In this document: piece after piece, positions 38,199-47,878 of the stretch | Position numbering within the stretch: the first letter of the stretch is position 1 | Layout: each line of letters opens with the position of its first letter | Assembly (NCBI GenBank): GCA_934090935.1 | Contig: CAKOKD010000001.1 | Span: 98,571-162,570, forward strand | Length of the DNA stretch: 64,000 nucleotides | Direction: 5' to 3' | From: an uncultured Bacilli bacterium | GTDB taxonomy: Bacteria > Bacillota_I > Bacilli_A > RF39 > UBA660 | The notes under the pieces: generated by a model | What the model was told of the DNA's origin: nothing | Database searches by the model: none | What the model saw: only the letters and a program-made list of their open reading frames with translations | Translations under genes and position numbers: made by a program

Positions 38199-38708
38199 TT
38201 ATCTTGGTAAATTATTATGTGTTTCTAAATCAATTGGCTGTAAATCACTGCTAGCTTTTATATCTGGAATATCTAAAGGTTCAAAAAGCTGGTCTACATT
38301 TTGAGTTGGATAAACTGTTTCACGTTTTTCTTCATCAAGAGAATTCAAAAGAGCATCTATTTCTTCATCAGAAAAATCATTGCTTTCAACATTTACTGGT
38401 TCTTCTTTTTCTTCTTCTTTTTCTTCTTCTTTATAACTTTCAAGCAAACCTTTTATATCTCTTGTTCCTTTTTCTAGAACGTTATACATGTTTTGAATTT
38501 CTTGAGTTAATTCATTGTATTTCTCTAAATCTTCTTGTTTTTCTTTATCCAAGAAAATAATTTGTTCTTCTATTGCTTTTAGTCTATCCATTTTGTATTC
38601 TATAAAAGCATGATACATAATATAAGAACCTCTGTAAGACTCAAATGCACGTTTTCCTAATGCACTTAAAAGCTCGCATGTTTCGTCATATATTTTTGGC
38701 AAATGCAT
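38199..38708 (-). CDS. Hypothetical acidic coiled-coil protein.
   Basis: 169-aa ORF with a glutamate/lysine-rich repeat (EEKEEEKEE). Confidence 0.4.
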   Translation of the reverse strand: MHLPKIYDETCELLSALGKRAFESYRGSYIMYHAFIEYKMDRLKAIEEQIIFLDKEKQEDLEKYNELTQEIQNMYNVLEKGTRDIKGLLESYKEEEKEEEKEEPVNVESNDFSDEEIDALLNSLDEEKRETVYPTQNVDQLFEPLDIPDIKASSDLQPIDLETHNNLPR

Positions 38709-38901
38709 ATTATCACCTATCCTATAAAGATATTATAGCACAAACTTTACTTATTTCAATGTAAATTAAATCATTTTTTTTTATAAAAATTGTATTATGT
38801 GTTAAAATGTAGATTGGGAGAGTATATTATGGAAGATATCAAAGAAGAATTAGAACTTTTAGAAACAATAGAGGAACTTATTGTATTAACGGAAGAAGAG
38901 A

Positions 38902-40329
38902 ATGATGATGATAAAAAATAATAAAATACAAGAATTTAAAAAACTAGTAGCTGAATTGAATGAATATGCTAAAAGGGATGATATAAGTGATTTTACGAGA
39001 ACCGTAATTCAAGATTTAGCATTATCTTTGAGATATCAATTGGAGTATGACATTATAAATGAGTTAATTGTCAACAGTGTTTCAATAAAAGATACAATCG
39101 GTCTAATAGATTATAAAGTTGGAGAAATCATGGCTTATAAAGAAGAGATATATCAAAAGTTTAGAGAATCTGGAAGAGAAGTTATGGAAACACAAGATCG
39201 TATTAAACTTACTTCAATGGAAAGAAATCTAAGACGATTAAACGATTTAAAGACTTCTATTGAGACTAAGAATTTAACATCTTATATTCAAGCAATGAAC
39301 AATCGTGTTACTAGCTCAGATCAATTGGTTGCAATAATAAAAGATGTTTTGACTGAAGGATATAATGATTATTTCTCTAAAAGTTTAATCGAAGATGGAA
39401 AAGTCGATGAAAATGTTTTTATGATAATATATTCTATTCTTAGAGATAAATCGCTTATTGGAGATCTTCAAAGGTATGTTGATTCTGAAAAGGAAATTTC
39501 ATCTTTAAAAGCCAATTATGAAAAGGATCAAGCATATTTAGAAATGGTTGATAAGGTGCGTGACTTTGTTGATACTTTTAAAAGATTTATCATTATTTCA
39601 TCTAAAAAGAATAATTTAGAACGAGAAAAAGTTGAATTAACTGGTGAAATAACTGTTGAAAGTGAAAAGTTTAATAGCATGTCTAATCAAAAATATTCTA
39701 AGATATTTTTAGCGAATCAAATGAAAAAAATAAATACGGATATTATGAATAAAAGAAGTCGAGTTACTAGAATTGATGGTCAATTGGGTGAACTTATAAG
39801 AACTGAAGAGATTCTTAAAAATCAAGGCTTTGGTGAGATAATTGATGCTTTCAATACGGAGATTATAAATATTGAATCGATACCTCAAAAGTTTGCTTTA
39901 TATATCAAAACTAATCTTGCAAATCCGACTTTAAATGTAAACACTTTTCTTTTAACTTTAAAAAGACGAATTCATCAAGATGAGATCAATATAGCTAAAG
40001 CAGAGAAAAATTTACCAAATGTTCTTGAAACTATTTCTCCATTTGCTAGAAAACTTATAACAATGTATCATGATGATGTTGAAAAAATTGTAAGCTTATA
40101 TGAGAAAGATGCTGGTATATCCAAGTTGGTTGCTTTCTATGTTTTAAACTTATTATGCTCTGCTAAGAGATTCAGTATAAGCGAGCTTGGTCAAGTTTAT
40201 GCTGATGATGAAGGACTTTCGGCATTATATCAAAAATTGGAAAGTTGTCTTTATAAAGATGTAAGTCAAATAAATGAACAAATCAATCAAGTTGATGAAG
40301 ATGTTTCAAATGTTTTAAAAGCTAGTTAA
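38902..40329 (+). CDS. Hypothetical protein (475 aa), no signal peptide.
   Basis: ORF only. Start codon ambiguous (ATG x3). Confidence 0.4.
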   Translation: MMMIKNNKIQEFKKLVAELNEYAKRDDISDFTRTVIQDLALSLRYQLEYDIINELIVNSVSIKDTIGLIDYKVGEIMAYKEEIYQKFRESGREVMETQDRIKLTSMERNLRRLNDLKTSIETKNLTSYIQAMNNRVTSSDQLVAIIKDVLTEGYNDYFSKSLIEDGKVDENVFMIIYSILRDKSLIGDLQRYVDSEKEISSLKANYEKDQAYLEMVDKVRDFVDTFKRFIIISSKKNNLEREKVELTGEITVESEKFNSMSNQKYSKIFLANQMKKINTDIMNKRSRVTRIDGQLGELIRTEEILKNQGFGEIIDAFNTEIINIESIPQKFALYIKTNLANPTLNVNTFLLTLKRRIHQDEINIAKAEKNLPNVLETISPFARKLITMYHDDVEKIVSLYEKDAGISKLVAFYVLNLLCSAKRFSISELGQVYADDEGLSALYQKLESCLYKDVSQINEQINQVDEDVSNVLKAS

Positions 40330-40370
40330 TTAATGCTTACCTAAAAAATTTTAAAATGGTATAATATATC

Positions 40371-40604
40371 TTGAGGATTGATAAAATGAAAAAATGCAAA
40401 TATCTAGATGAGGATATATCTATTTTAGAATTAAGTGATGAAGTTTTTAAACGTTTAAAAGACATGTCTATATCGTCTATCGATAATCTATGGAATTTAA
40501 GCAGAACTGACTTAAAAAATCATGGTTTTACTGATAAAGAGATTAAACATATTTCCATAAAGATGCAACTTCTAGGTATAGATTTAAATAAGAAAATATA
40601 TTGA
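40371..40604 (+). CDS. Stand-alone RNA polymerase alpha-subunit C-terminal-domain-like mini-protein (77 aa).
   Basis: ILELSDEVFKRLKDMSISSIDNLWNLSRTDLKN..GFTDKEIKHI..KMQLLGIDL matches the alpha-CTD helix-hairpin-helix pattern (LS.R..N.LKR.GI.T...L....E.L.K..N.G.KSL.EI...L...GL). Confidence 0.4.
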   Translation: MRIDKMKKCKYLDEDISILELSDEVFKRLKDMSISSIDNLWNLSRTDLKNHGFTDKEIKHISIKMQLLGIDLNKKIY

Positions 40605-40675
40605 ATTTATTGTATACTTTCTTATTTTTTTTTGCTATACTAACTATAGTAGGAAAATATTCATGGAGGTAACTT

Positions 40676-42031
40676 ATGGAAAAAAGTATTCAAGAAATTA
40701 ATAAGGAATTAGATACCATTGATGCTTCAAAGTTTGTTGATCAAAGTTTAGCTATATATGGTTCTTCAAGATATAAGACAATGTTAAAGAATGGAGTTTC
40801 TGGATTAGAAGCGTTTAAACGTCTTTCATCCTTCTGTGATAGAACTAGTGAAGTCAATAAAAATGATATGAAAAATTTCTTTAACTTTAGATTAGCAACG
40901 GAATATATTGCAAGAAAAAAGATAGATATATTTTCACTTTCTGAAAGTGAGAGAAATAGCACTTTAGAGAACATATCAAGTGAGATATTGAAAACTATTA
41001 CTGGAGTAAACCCTGATTCTATTGTTATTAAAGATGAAGATTTAAATCAAAACGATATGGATTGTGAATATGTTTTAAATATTGATAATGCTGATTTGAT
41101 TTCATGGATAAATTCTTATTTTACTTTAACTGGTGCCTCAAAAATACCTTGTTACTTGAGAATGCATTCCGATTATAATAGACCTTATGTTGATTCCTTA
41201 GTTGTTGGTTCAAATAAAAAATCAAGAGATATTGTTTTAAAAACTATTATGTTAACGGATGAGAAACTTGGAGGAAAGATTTTAGAACCCGGAAAATTTT
41301 TAAACACATATGGTAATATCGGATACACTAGAGTTTATGATGGTGATAAAAGACTTAAGGATAAGGTATATGAATCCTTAATAAAGAATATTGATCATAT
41401 TCTAGGAACAGAGTCACAAGAGATAAGTGATCTTGATCGTTTAGAAAAGCTTACTTCTATATTGAATGAAAGTATAAAAGAAGAGTTAGTATCAAGCATG
41501 AGTAAAGAACTTTTAAGTATTGATGGGTTGGATGAAGAAGTAGTGATTGGTGTTGAAAAGCCTTCTATTACTTTTGAGGATGATTTGGTCAAAGAAATTC
41601 AAAATGAAGATGCTTCTATAGCAGATGAAGAAGAAAAACTTAGTGATGAAGAGATAAATTCTATCATTGATAACTCTGCTACTTATGAGGGAAATAATCC
41701 ATCAGAACGTATTGAAAGAGCTTATCCATATAGAAATCTTGTTGATAACATATCAAAACTTAATACAAAAATTCTTGTAGATGGAAAAGAAATAACTTTG
41801 TTAGATTATTTGGATGAAGTTCACATTTTAGATAGAATACCTCTTAATTCAACTGTAGTGGATCGTGAAGGAATAAGAATGACTGGTGAGGAATTCTTAA
41901 GAAATCGTGTTATTCCATATGCTTTAGAAGTTCCTAATTCAACTCTTGATGGAATAATTGATGCCTATGGTGCAAAAATCCAAACTAAGTCCGAAAAAGC
42001 AAGTTTTTTAGGAAAAATATTTCATAAATAG
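40676..42031 (+). CDS. Hypothetical protein (451 aa), no signal peptide.
   Basis: ORF with a GGAGG RBS. Confidence 0.4.
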   Translation: MEKSIQEINKELDTIDASKFVDQSLAIYGSSRYKTMLKNGVSGLEAFKRLSSFCDRTSEVNKNDMKNFFNFRLATEYIARKKIDIFSLSESERNSTLENISSEILKTITGVNPDSIVIKDEDLNQNDMDCEYVLNIDNADLISWINSYFTLTGASKIPCYLRMHSDYNRPYVDSLVVGSNKKSRDIVLKTIMLTDEKLGGKILEPGKFLNTYGNIGYTRVYDGDKRLKDKVYESLIKNIDHILGTESQEISDLDRLEKLTSILNESIKEELVSSMSKELLSIDGLDEEVVIGVEKPSITFEDDLVKEIQNEDASIADEEEKLSDEEINSIIDNSATYEGNNPSERIERAYPYRNLVDNISKLNTKILVDGKEITLLDYLDEVHILDRIPLNSTVVDREGIRMTGEEFLRNRVIPYALEVPNSTLDGIIDAYGAKIQTKSEKASFLGKIFHK

Positions 42032-42073
42032 AACAAAAGCAAATGCTCAAATTTGCCTCCTACATATTAAATA

Positions 42074-42445
42074 GTGGGAGGTATTTTTATGGAAGATTTT
42101 ATAGAGTTTTTAATAAACAATGGACTACAGCTTTTATATCTACTTCTAACAACTTTTGTTTCTTACTTAACGATTAAGATAAAAGGTTTATATAATAAAT
42201 ATGTCACTGATGAGATGAAAAAGAGTATAACTGAGATATGTGTAAATGCCTGTGAACAAATATATGATGGAAATGATTCGGAAGAAAAATATAATTTAGC
42301 TTTTAATAACATAAAGTCGATGCTTAAAAGCAAAAATATTAAAATGGATGATCTAGAGATTAAATTGATGATTGAATCCTTCTGCCATAACTTTAGGAAG
42401 GAGAATACTGATGATAAAAAAGATAACTCGACAAGTGATGTTTAA
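42074..42445 (+). CDS. Phage holin, LL-H family-like.
   Basis: A single N-terminal TM (LQLLYLLLTTFVSYLTI) followed by ...ICVNACEQIYDG...EKYNLAFNNI..., the pattern of Holin_LLH. GGGAGG RBS. Confidence 0.55.
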   Translation: MGGIFMEDFIEFLINNGLQLLYLLLTTFVSYLTIKIKGLYNKYVTDEMKKSITEICVNACEQIYDGNDSEEKYNLAFNNIKSMLKSKNIKMDDLEIKLMIESFCHNFRKENTDDKKDNSTSDV

Positions 42446-43031
42446 ACATCTTGGTTATTATGATGATAAACTTGATGGAATATGGGGTAAAAAATCAAAA
42501 GAGGCAACACGTTTATTTCAAAGTGAGAATGGTTTGAAAGTGGATTCTATATATGGACCAAAAACAGAAAAAAAGTTGAAAAGTGTATATAAAAATTTTA
42601 TTTCAGGAGATGCAACAGATGATGATTTTTTACGCGTTTCCTATATAACTAGAGAAGAAATAGCTTGTAATGACCATTGTGGATATAATAAAATAAGCAA
42701 ACAACTTTTATATAACTTAGGTTCTTTAAGAGAGAAGTTTAATAAACCAATATATGTTACCAGTGGGTGCCGTTGCAGCAAACATAATAAAAGAGTCGGT
42801 GGTGTTAAAACTAGTAGACACTTCAATAAAGAAATTTTTACCAAAGCAGTAGATTTTTATAATAGTAAAACTAAAAGTTTAGCATATAGAAAAAAAGTAA
42901 TAGATTTTTGGATTAATGATTTACCAAATACAAGGTATGCTTATTCAAACAAATATAGCAATTTAAATGGTGTTATTAAGAAAAAAATAGTTTCAACTAT
43001 GGGAAGTTCTATACATGTTGATGTTAAATAA
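42411..43031 (+). CDS. Endolysin-like peptidase M15 (DUF882/Peptidase_M15_3) with an N-terminal PG_binding_1 domain.
   Basis: GGAAGGAG RBS before ATG 42411. PG_binding_1-like G.WGKKSKEATRLFQSENGLKVDSIYGPKT. M15-like SGCRCSKHNKRVGGVKTSRH. Confidence 0.7.
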   Translation: MIKKITRQVMFKHLGYYDDKLDGIWGKKSKEATRLFQSENGLKVDSIYGPKTEKKLKSVYKNFISGDATDDDFLRVSYITREEIACNDHCGYNKISKQLLYNLGSLREKFNKPIYVTSGCRCSKHNKRVGGVKTSRHFNKEIFTKAVDFYNSKTKSLAYRKKVIDFWINDLPNTRYAYSNKYSNLNGVIKKKIVSTMGSSIHVDVK

Positions 43032-43143
43032 AATACTTTTTTCTAAATGCTCATATGGATAAATAGGGTATTATAATTAGTGAAAGTCAATTAGAAAATA
43101 ATAATATTTGGATTAAAAGTTTATTAGTTTTGATATTTTAAAT

Positions 43144-43180
43144 AAAACATCATCCAATATGTCGGATGGTGTTTTATTTA
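43144..43180 (+). terminator. Intrinsic terminator after the lysis cassette.
   Basis: ACATCATCC...GGATGGTGT hairpin followed by TTTATTT. Confidence 0.55.
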
Positions 43181-43516
43181 ATGATTTTAATTTAGGATTT
43201 ATCTTCATTATCAATTGGTTTAGAGATGATTGTTAAAAAGAATGCTTGCAAACTTATAAAACAGAGGAAAGAAGTTATTACTAATTTGTTGCTATTTTGG
43301 GTATTTTGTAGTAAACTAAGCGTGATTTAGAGGGGAACTTATAATACGTGTAAGTATGAAAGAATTCAAATAGCAAGGTATAGATGATTTATAAATATTA
43401 TGATAGCAGTTGTAATATGAAAAAATTTACAATTTATAAAGAAACTAGTAGAAATTATGATAGTTTGACAAAACGATATATATATAAAGGATAAAATTTA
43501 GAAAGGGTATGGTTAA

Positions 43517-44755
43517 ATGAGAAAAATTGCTGATATGTTTGATGACATAATAGATGATGAAACATTAGTTTTTTTGAATAAAGAAGATAAAGATAATATT
43601 GTAGAATTAGGAGTTATTACTCATCAAAATCCAAATGCTTTAGATGCATTATTTAGAAAAATTAGATTTAAAGGAAATATAAAAAGTAGAATTGGATTTT
43701 TAGAGGTTGAAAATGATGATTTTATAGGATTGGTAAAATATAGGGATGCTTTAGTATTAGTTGCCAATAGGGATTACGTATCTCCAAGATTATTAATAAA
43801 AAGTTTATGTAACATAGTGGCAATTATTTTTAATGTTAATGAAAATAATGGTATAAACAATTATTATTTTTCTCTAATTTCAGCAAGTAATTTTAAACTT
43901 ACGGGATTAGACATAAAAGTATTATCAGGAATTCCTCAATTAGTTTTAGATAAAATGACCAATCATAGAACTTCTTATATTTATAGCACTTCTAATTTGA
44001 AGATCACATATGATGCTACTCAAAATACTAGATATTTTAGATATATACAAAAATATAAGGCTGAACCATTATATGATGTTATAGAAGAGATTTGTAGGTT
44101 TAATCCGGAGTTAGCTATTCCCGCATCTTTTATTAATGCAAAAGTTTTTAGTGAATTTACGGATAGAGTCTTAGTTAAAAGATTTTCAAGCTTTGAAGAA
44201 AAAAAAGAACGTTGGGAGAGTTTAAAATCGGAAGGATGGAAAGTTCAAATTGATGATTTTACTCCGATGGATTTAACTTTTTTTGATATAGATCCTAATG
44301 GTAAGCGTTCAAGTAGATTTTCTGATTTAGAGATAGATGAAGATAGATTTGTTTTTGATTGGGAAATAGAAGAGGACGAAGAAAAGAAAAATTTACATGT
44401 TTATCCAAAGTATAAATTAAAGGGAAAATATTTAATATATACTTCTGATTCTGAATTTGAAAAAAATGAAGTTTTTAAACAATTGGATCCATTCCAAAAG
44501 GAAATTGCTTTAATTGCTAGAAGTATTTTTGGTAATTTTATTCTACAGTTTCCTGAGGATGAAAGAAAAGATTATTTTTCAGTATTAACAATGATGCAAA
44601 CTAGTCAAATTATGGAAGATGAGAATAATAAAAGAGGAATTCCAGGAGTAAAGGGAAATATTGCTTTTATGCCAGATTTTGCTGATTATTATGATTCTTT
44701 TTCAAAACCGGAGGATACTTTACAGGTTAAAAAGTTAAAATGGCCATTAAAATAG
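43517..44755 (+). CDS. Hypothetical protein (412 aa).
   Basis: ORF only. Confidence 0.4.
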   Translation: MRKIADMFDDIIDDETLVFLNKEDKDNIVELGVITHQNPNALDALFRKIRFKGNIKSRIGFLEVENDDFIGLVKYRDALVLVANRDYVSPRLLIKSLCNIVAIIFNVNENNGINNYYFSLISASNFKLTGLDIKVLSGIPQLVLDKMTNHRTSYIYSTSNLKITYDATQNTRYFRYIQKYKAEPLYDVIEEICRFNPELAIPASFINAKVFSEFTDRVLVKRFSSFEEKKERWESLKSEGWKVQIDDFTPMDLTFFDIDPNGKRSSRFSDLEIDEDRFVFDWEIEEDEEKKNLHVYPKYKLKGKYLIYTSDSEFEKNEVFKQLDPFQKEIALIARSIFGNFILQFPEDERKDYFSVLTMMQTSQIMEDENNKRGIPGVKGNIAFMPDFADYYDSFSKPEDTLQVKKLKWPLK

Positions 44756-45061
44756 TAAAAATTTAAGTAAGTTATTAACAAAGGATGGAGTTATAGAAGT
44801 AAGTTATTTGAAGTTGCAACACTTGCTTTTAAAGATAAAATTGGTATTCCATTTGATAAATCAAAAATTAATTTTATAGTTAAACTTATATTAGAAGCAG
44901 AAAAAGAAAGAAGTGTAAATATTCCTTTGTATAAATCAAGCGATAATTATAGTTATTCGTTTATAAAAGGAGTAGAAAACGATAAAGGCATAGAAAAAAG
45001 TTTTTTAGATAATCATGAAAATATGATATAATGGATTCTGTTTTAAGGAGGTTTATTTGAA

Positions 45062-45967
45062 ATGGAAAAACAAAATAAGGAAATATTAAAATCTATTTCA
45101 AAAGTACCTAAAACAATCGCGATAATGTTAGATTTAGATGGTACATGTGATTTTATAGACGAAGAAAAAGCAAAAACTTTTATATCTCAAGTGGAGTGGT
45201 TAAGAGAAAAGTTTGAAGCTGATGAAGCTACAATAAGCATTTCTACACATTTTACAGATTCAGTTGAAATGCGAAATGTGTTGAATATTTTGTCTTCTAA
45301 TCTATCGGATGGTATTAAAATAGGTTTAAGTTTCTATTTTGGGGGAATATACGATTATAATGAAAATCGAGATTATTTAAAAGAGTATGGTTTTAATCGT
45401 GATAAAGTAGCGACTTTTGGTCATTATTACGTGAATGAAAAATCCGTAGATAATCAATGGTTTGCGATTATTGATGATGGTATTTCTGATGAGATATATA
45501 AAAGATATCAAAATAAGCATCCAATGTTAGTGTGTCGACCAACTCAATATGATAAGTCAGATTTATCAAATAATAATTTTATGAATATAGCTACAACAAC
45601 TAAGGGAATTGATGGCGTTATTGAATCATTAAATCTATATATAAATTCAATAAAAAATCTTTCTTTGAAGGAAATCCTTGAAGTTCAAAAGAATATGATA
45701 GTTCATCTATCGACTTGGCATTTAATTGAAAAGGCAATAGCAAGTGATTATGATTTTTTAGAAAAATATTTTAAGGCAGAAGTTGCTGATGAAGATGATT
45801 ATTTAGGGGTATTGGAATACCTGTCTTTAAGTGTTTCTCGAATGAAATCAAGGGAAGAAGTAATGTATTTGCGCGAAATATTTATATTGATGTATCAACA
45901 TTTTCGACAAGTTAATGATCAAGAGAATATGTATAAGATTATAAAATTACAAAAAGGTCTTGAATAA
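45062..45967 (+). CDS. Hypothetical protein, possibly a HAD-superfamily hydrolase.
   Basis: Motif-I-like IAIMLDLDGTCDF (DxDGT). Possible motif IV IIDDGISDE. Confidence 0.35.
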   Translation: MEKQNKEILKSISKVPKTIAIMLDLDGTCDFIDEEKAKTFISQVEWLREKFEADEATISISTHFTDSVEMRNVLNILSSNLSDGIKIGLSFYFGGIYDYNENRDYLKEYGFNRDKVATFGHYYVNEKSVDNQWFAIIDDGISDEIYKRYQNKHPMLVCRPTQYDKSDLSNNNFMNIATTTKGIDGVIESLNLYINSIKNLSLKEILEVQKNMIVHLSTWHLIEKAIASDYDFLEKYFKAEVADEDDYLGVLEYLSLSVSRMKSREEVMYLREIFILMYQHFRQVNDQENMYKIIKLQKGLE

Positions 45968-46041
45968 CTAATAAATATAAGCTTTTAAATTTATTTGTGT
46001 CATAATACACAGATGAATTTTTTAGGCTATGAAGGTGAATT

Positions 46042-47778
46042 ATGAAAAAAAGAGATAAAAGTTTTAAATTAAATGTTAAAAGAACATGGGAATATATCAA
46101 AAAGGCAAAAATGTATTTGGTTGGTTATGTAATTGTAACCATTGTGGAAGCCGTTATAAGTGCAATTATACCTTTATTTGTTGCTAAAATAATTCTAGGT
46201 ATCACTAACGGAGTTATAAATCAACTTATTTTATCAGCACTAATCGTTTTTATTATCAGATTTCTTTTATTTATAAGTTATTTTCTTAAAGGATATTTCT
46301 ATCAACAAATATATCAAAAAACTTTAATTGGAATCCAAACTCGTGTTGCAAAAGAAATCCTTAATCTAGAGATTGAAGAAATTGATAAGAACACATCGGG
46401 TTTATTTATCGATAGATTGAACAAGGATACAGAGGATATCGCTGGATTATTTATGGAATATGCTTATTGGTTTTCCTATACTATTACAAATATAGGTGTT
46501 TTAGTTACGTTGTTCTTATTGAATAAATATATGTTTGTATATGCAATAGTAACGGCATTTTTGACATATTTATTGGATAGAAAAAGTTTATCTAAACAAT
46601 ATTACGTTCAAAAAGAATTGAAAACTTTACAAGAGAGTAAAACAGGATTAACTAGTGAACTTGTAAGAGGTATTAGAGATATAAAGGTTCTTAATGCTAG
46701 TAACACTATTCTTAATCAAACAACTAAAAAAATTGAGGAAGTTACTCGTGAAAGAGTACATGTTATGAATATAAGGAGACTTTATTCATTTCTAACCAAT
46801 AATATGAGTTCTTTAACCGATTTGGGTTTGATTATTTTAGGATGTATTCTATATAAACATTCACTTTTAACAATACCTGCATTTGTCATTGTTTATAATT
46901 ATCAGTCAAATATTAAAAATTTGTTATTAGGAGTAGTTCAAATCACTGAGTATAATAAAAAGTTTAATGTAGCTGCTTCTAGAGTTTATGATGTAATTGA
47001 AAATGATAAATTTAAAAAGGAAGAATTCGGAAATGTATCCTTAAAGAAACTAAAAGGAAATATAGAATTTGATAATGTTGTATTTGGATATAATGATGCG
47101 TTAGTTCTAAAAAATATGAGTTTTACTGTTAAGGAAAATGAAAGAGTTGCTTTTGTTGGTAAAAGTGGAGCAGGTAAAACAACTATATTCAGCTTAATAA
47201 CAAAGTTTTATCATCCAAAAAGTGGTTCTATTTTGTTAGATGGTAATAATATCAATGATTTAACCTGTTCAACTATAAGAGACAATATGTCAATAATCAC
47301 TCAAAATCCATATATATTTAATTTCTCAATAAAGGATAATCTTCTTCTTGCTAAAGAAAATGCAAGTATGAAAGAAATTAGAGAAGCATGTAAACTTGCT
47401 TGTATTGATGATTATATAATGTCTTTACCAGAAAAATATGAAACTGTAGTTGGAGAAAATGGTGTTATATTAAGCGGCGGTCAAAAGCAAAGAATCGCGA
47501 TTGCACGAGCGCTTTTGATGAAAACTAAAATTATTCTTTTTGATGAAGCAACAAGCGCTTTGGATAATGAAACTCAAAGTCAAATACAAGATGCAATAAA
47601 TAACTTAAAAGGAAATTATACTATCTTAATAGTTGCTCACAGACTTTCGACTATAATAGATTCTGATAAAATATTTGTTGTTTTAAATGGTAAAATAGTT
47701 GATTCAGGAACTCATAAGGAATTATTGAAAAGATGCACTTATTATAAAAATTTATACAATAAAGATTTGAGCAAATAA
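46042..47778 (+). CDS. ABC exporter, fused permease-ATPase.
   Basis: GKSGAGKTT, LSGGQKQRIAIARAL, ILFDEATSALD. Confidence 0.85.
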   Translation: MKKRDKSFKLNVKRTWEYIKKAKMYLVGYVIVTIVEAVISAIIPLFVAKIILGITNGVINQLILSALIVFIIRFLLFISYFLKGYFYQQIYQKTLIGIQTRVAKEILNLEIEEIDKNTSGLFIDRLNKDTEDIAGLFMEYAYWFSYTITNIGVLVTLFLLNKYMFVYAIVTAFLTYLLDRKSLSKQYYVQKELKTLQESKTGLTSELVRGIRDIKVLNASNTILNQTTKKIEEVTRERVHVMNIRRLYSFLTNNMSSLTDLGLIILGCILYKHSLLTIPAFVIVYNYQSNIKNLLLGVVQITEYNKKFNVAASRVYDVIENDKFKKEEFGNVSLKKLKGNIEFDNVVFGYNDALVLKNMSFTVKENERVAFVGKSGAGKTTIFSLITKFYHPKSGSILLDGNNINDLTCSTIRDNMSIITQNPYIFNFSIKDNLLLAKENASMKEIREACKLACIDDYIMSLPEKYETVVGENGVILSGGQKQRIAIARALLMKTKIILFDEATSALDNETQSQIQDAINNLKGNYTILIVAHRLSTIIDSDKIFVVLNGKIVDSGTHKELLKRCTYYKNLYNKDLSK

Positions 47779-47878
47779 ATAAAAAAAACATTAGTTGCTT
47801 TAAACTATACATAATGATAGAATGAATTTGTAGAGGATCCATGTGGAGAAATCTACTGGTATTCATTTATGAGGTGAT

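Noticed and set aside
38829-38921. 30-aa acidic mini-ORF (MEDIKEELELLETIEELIVLTEEENDDDKK) overlapping the start of ORF 38902.
   Set aside because: It is plausible but unsupported: no clear RBS, and it overlaps out of frame with the ATG cluster of the downstream gene. It is noted only as a possibility.
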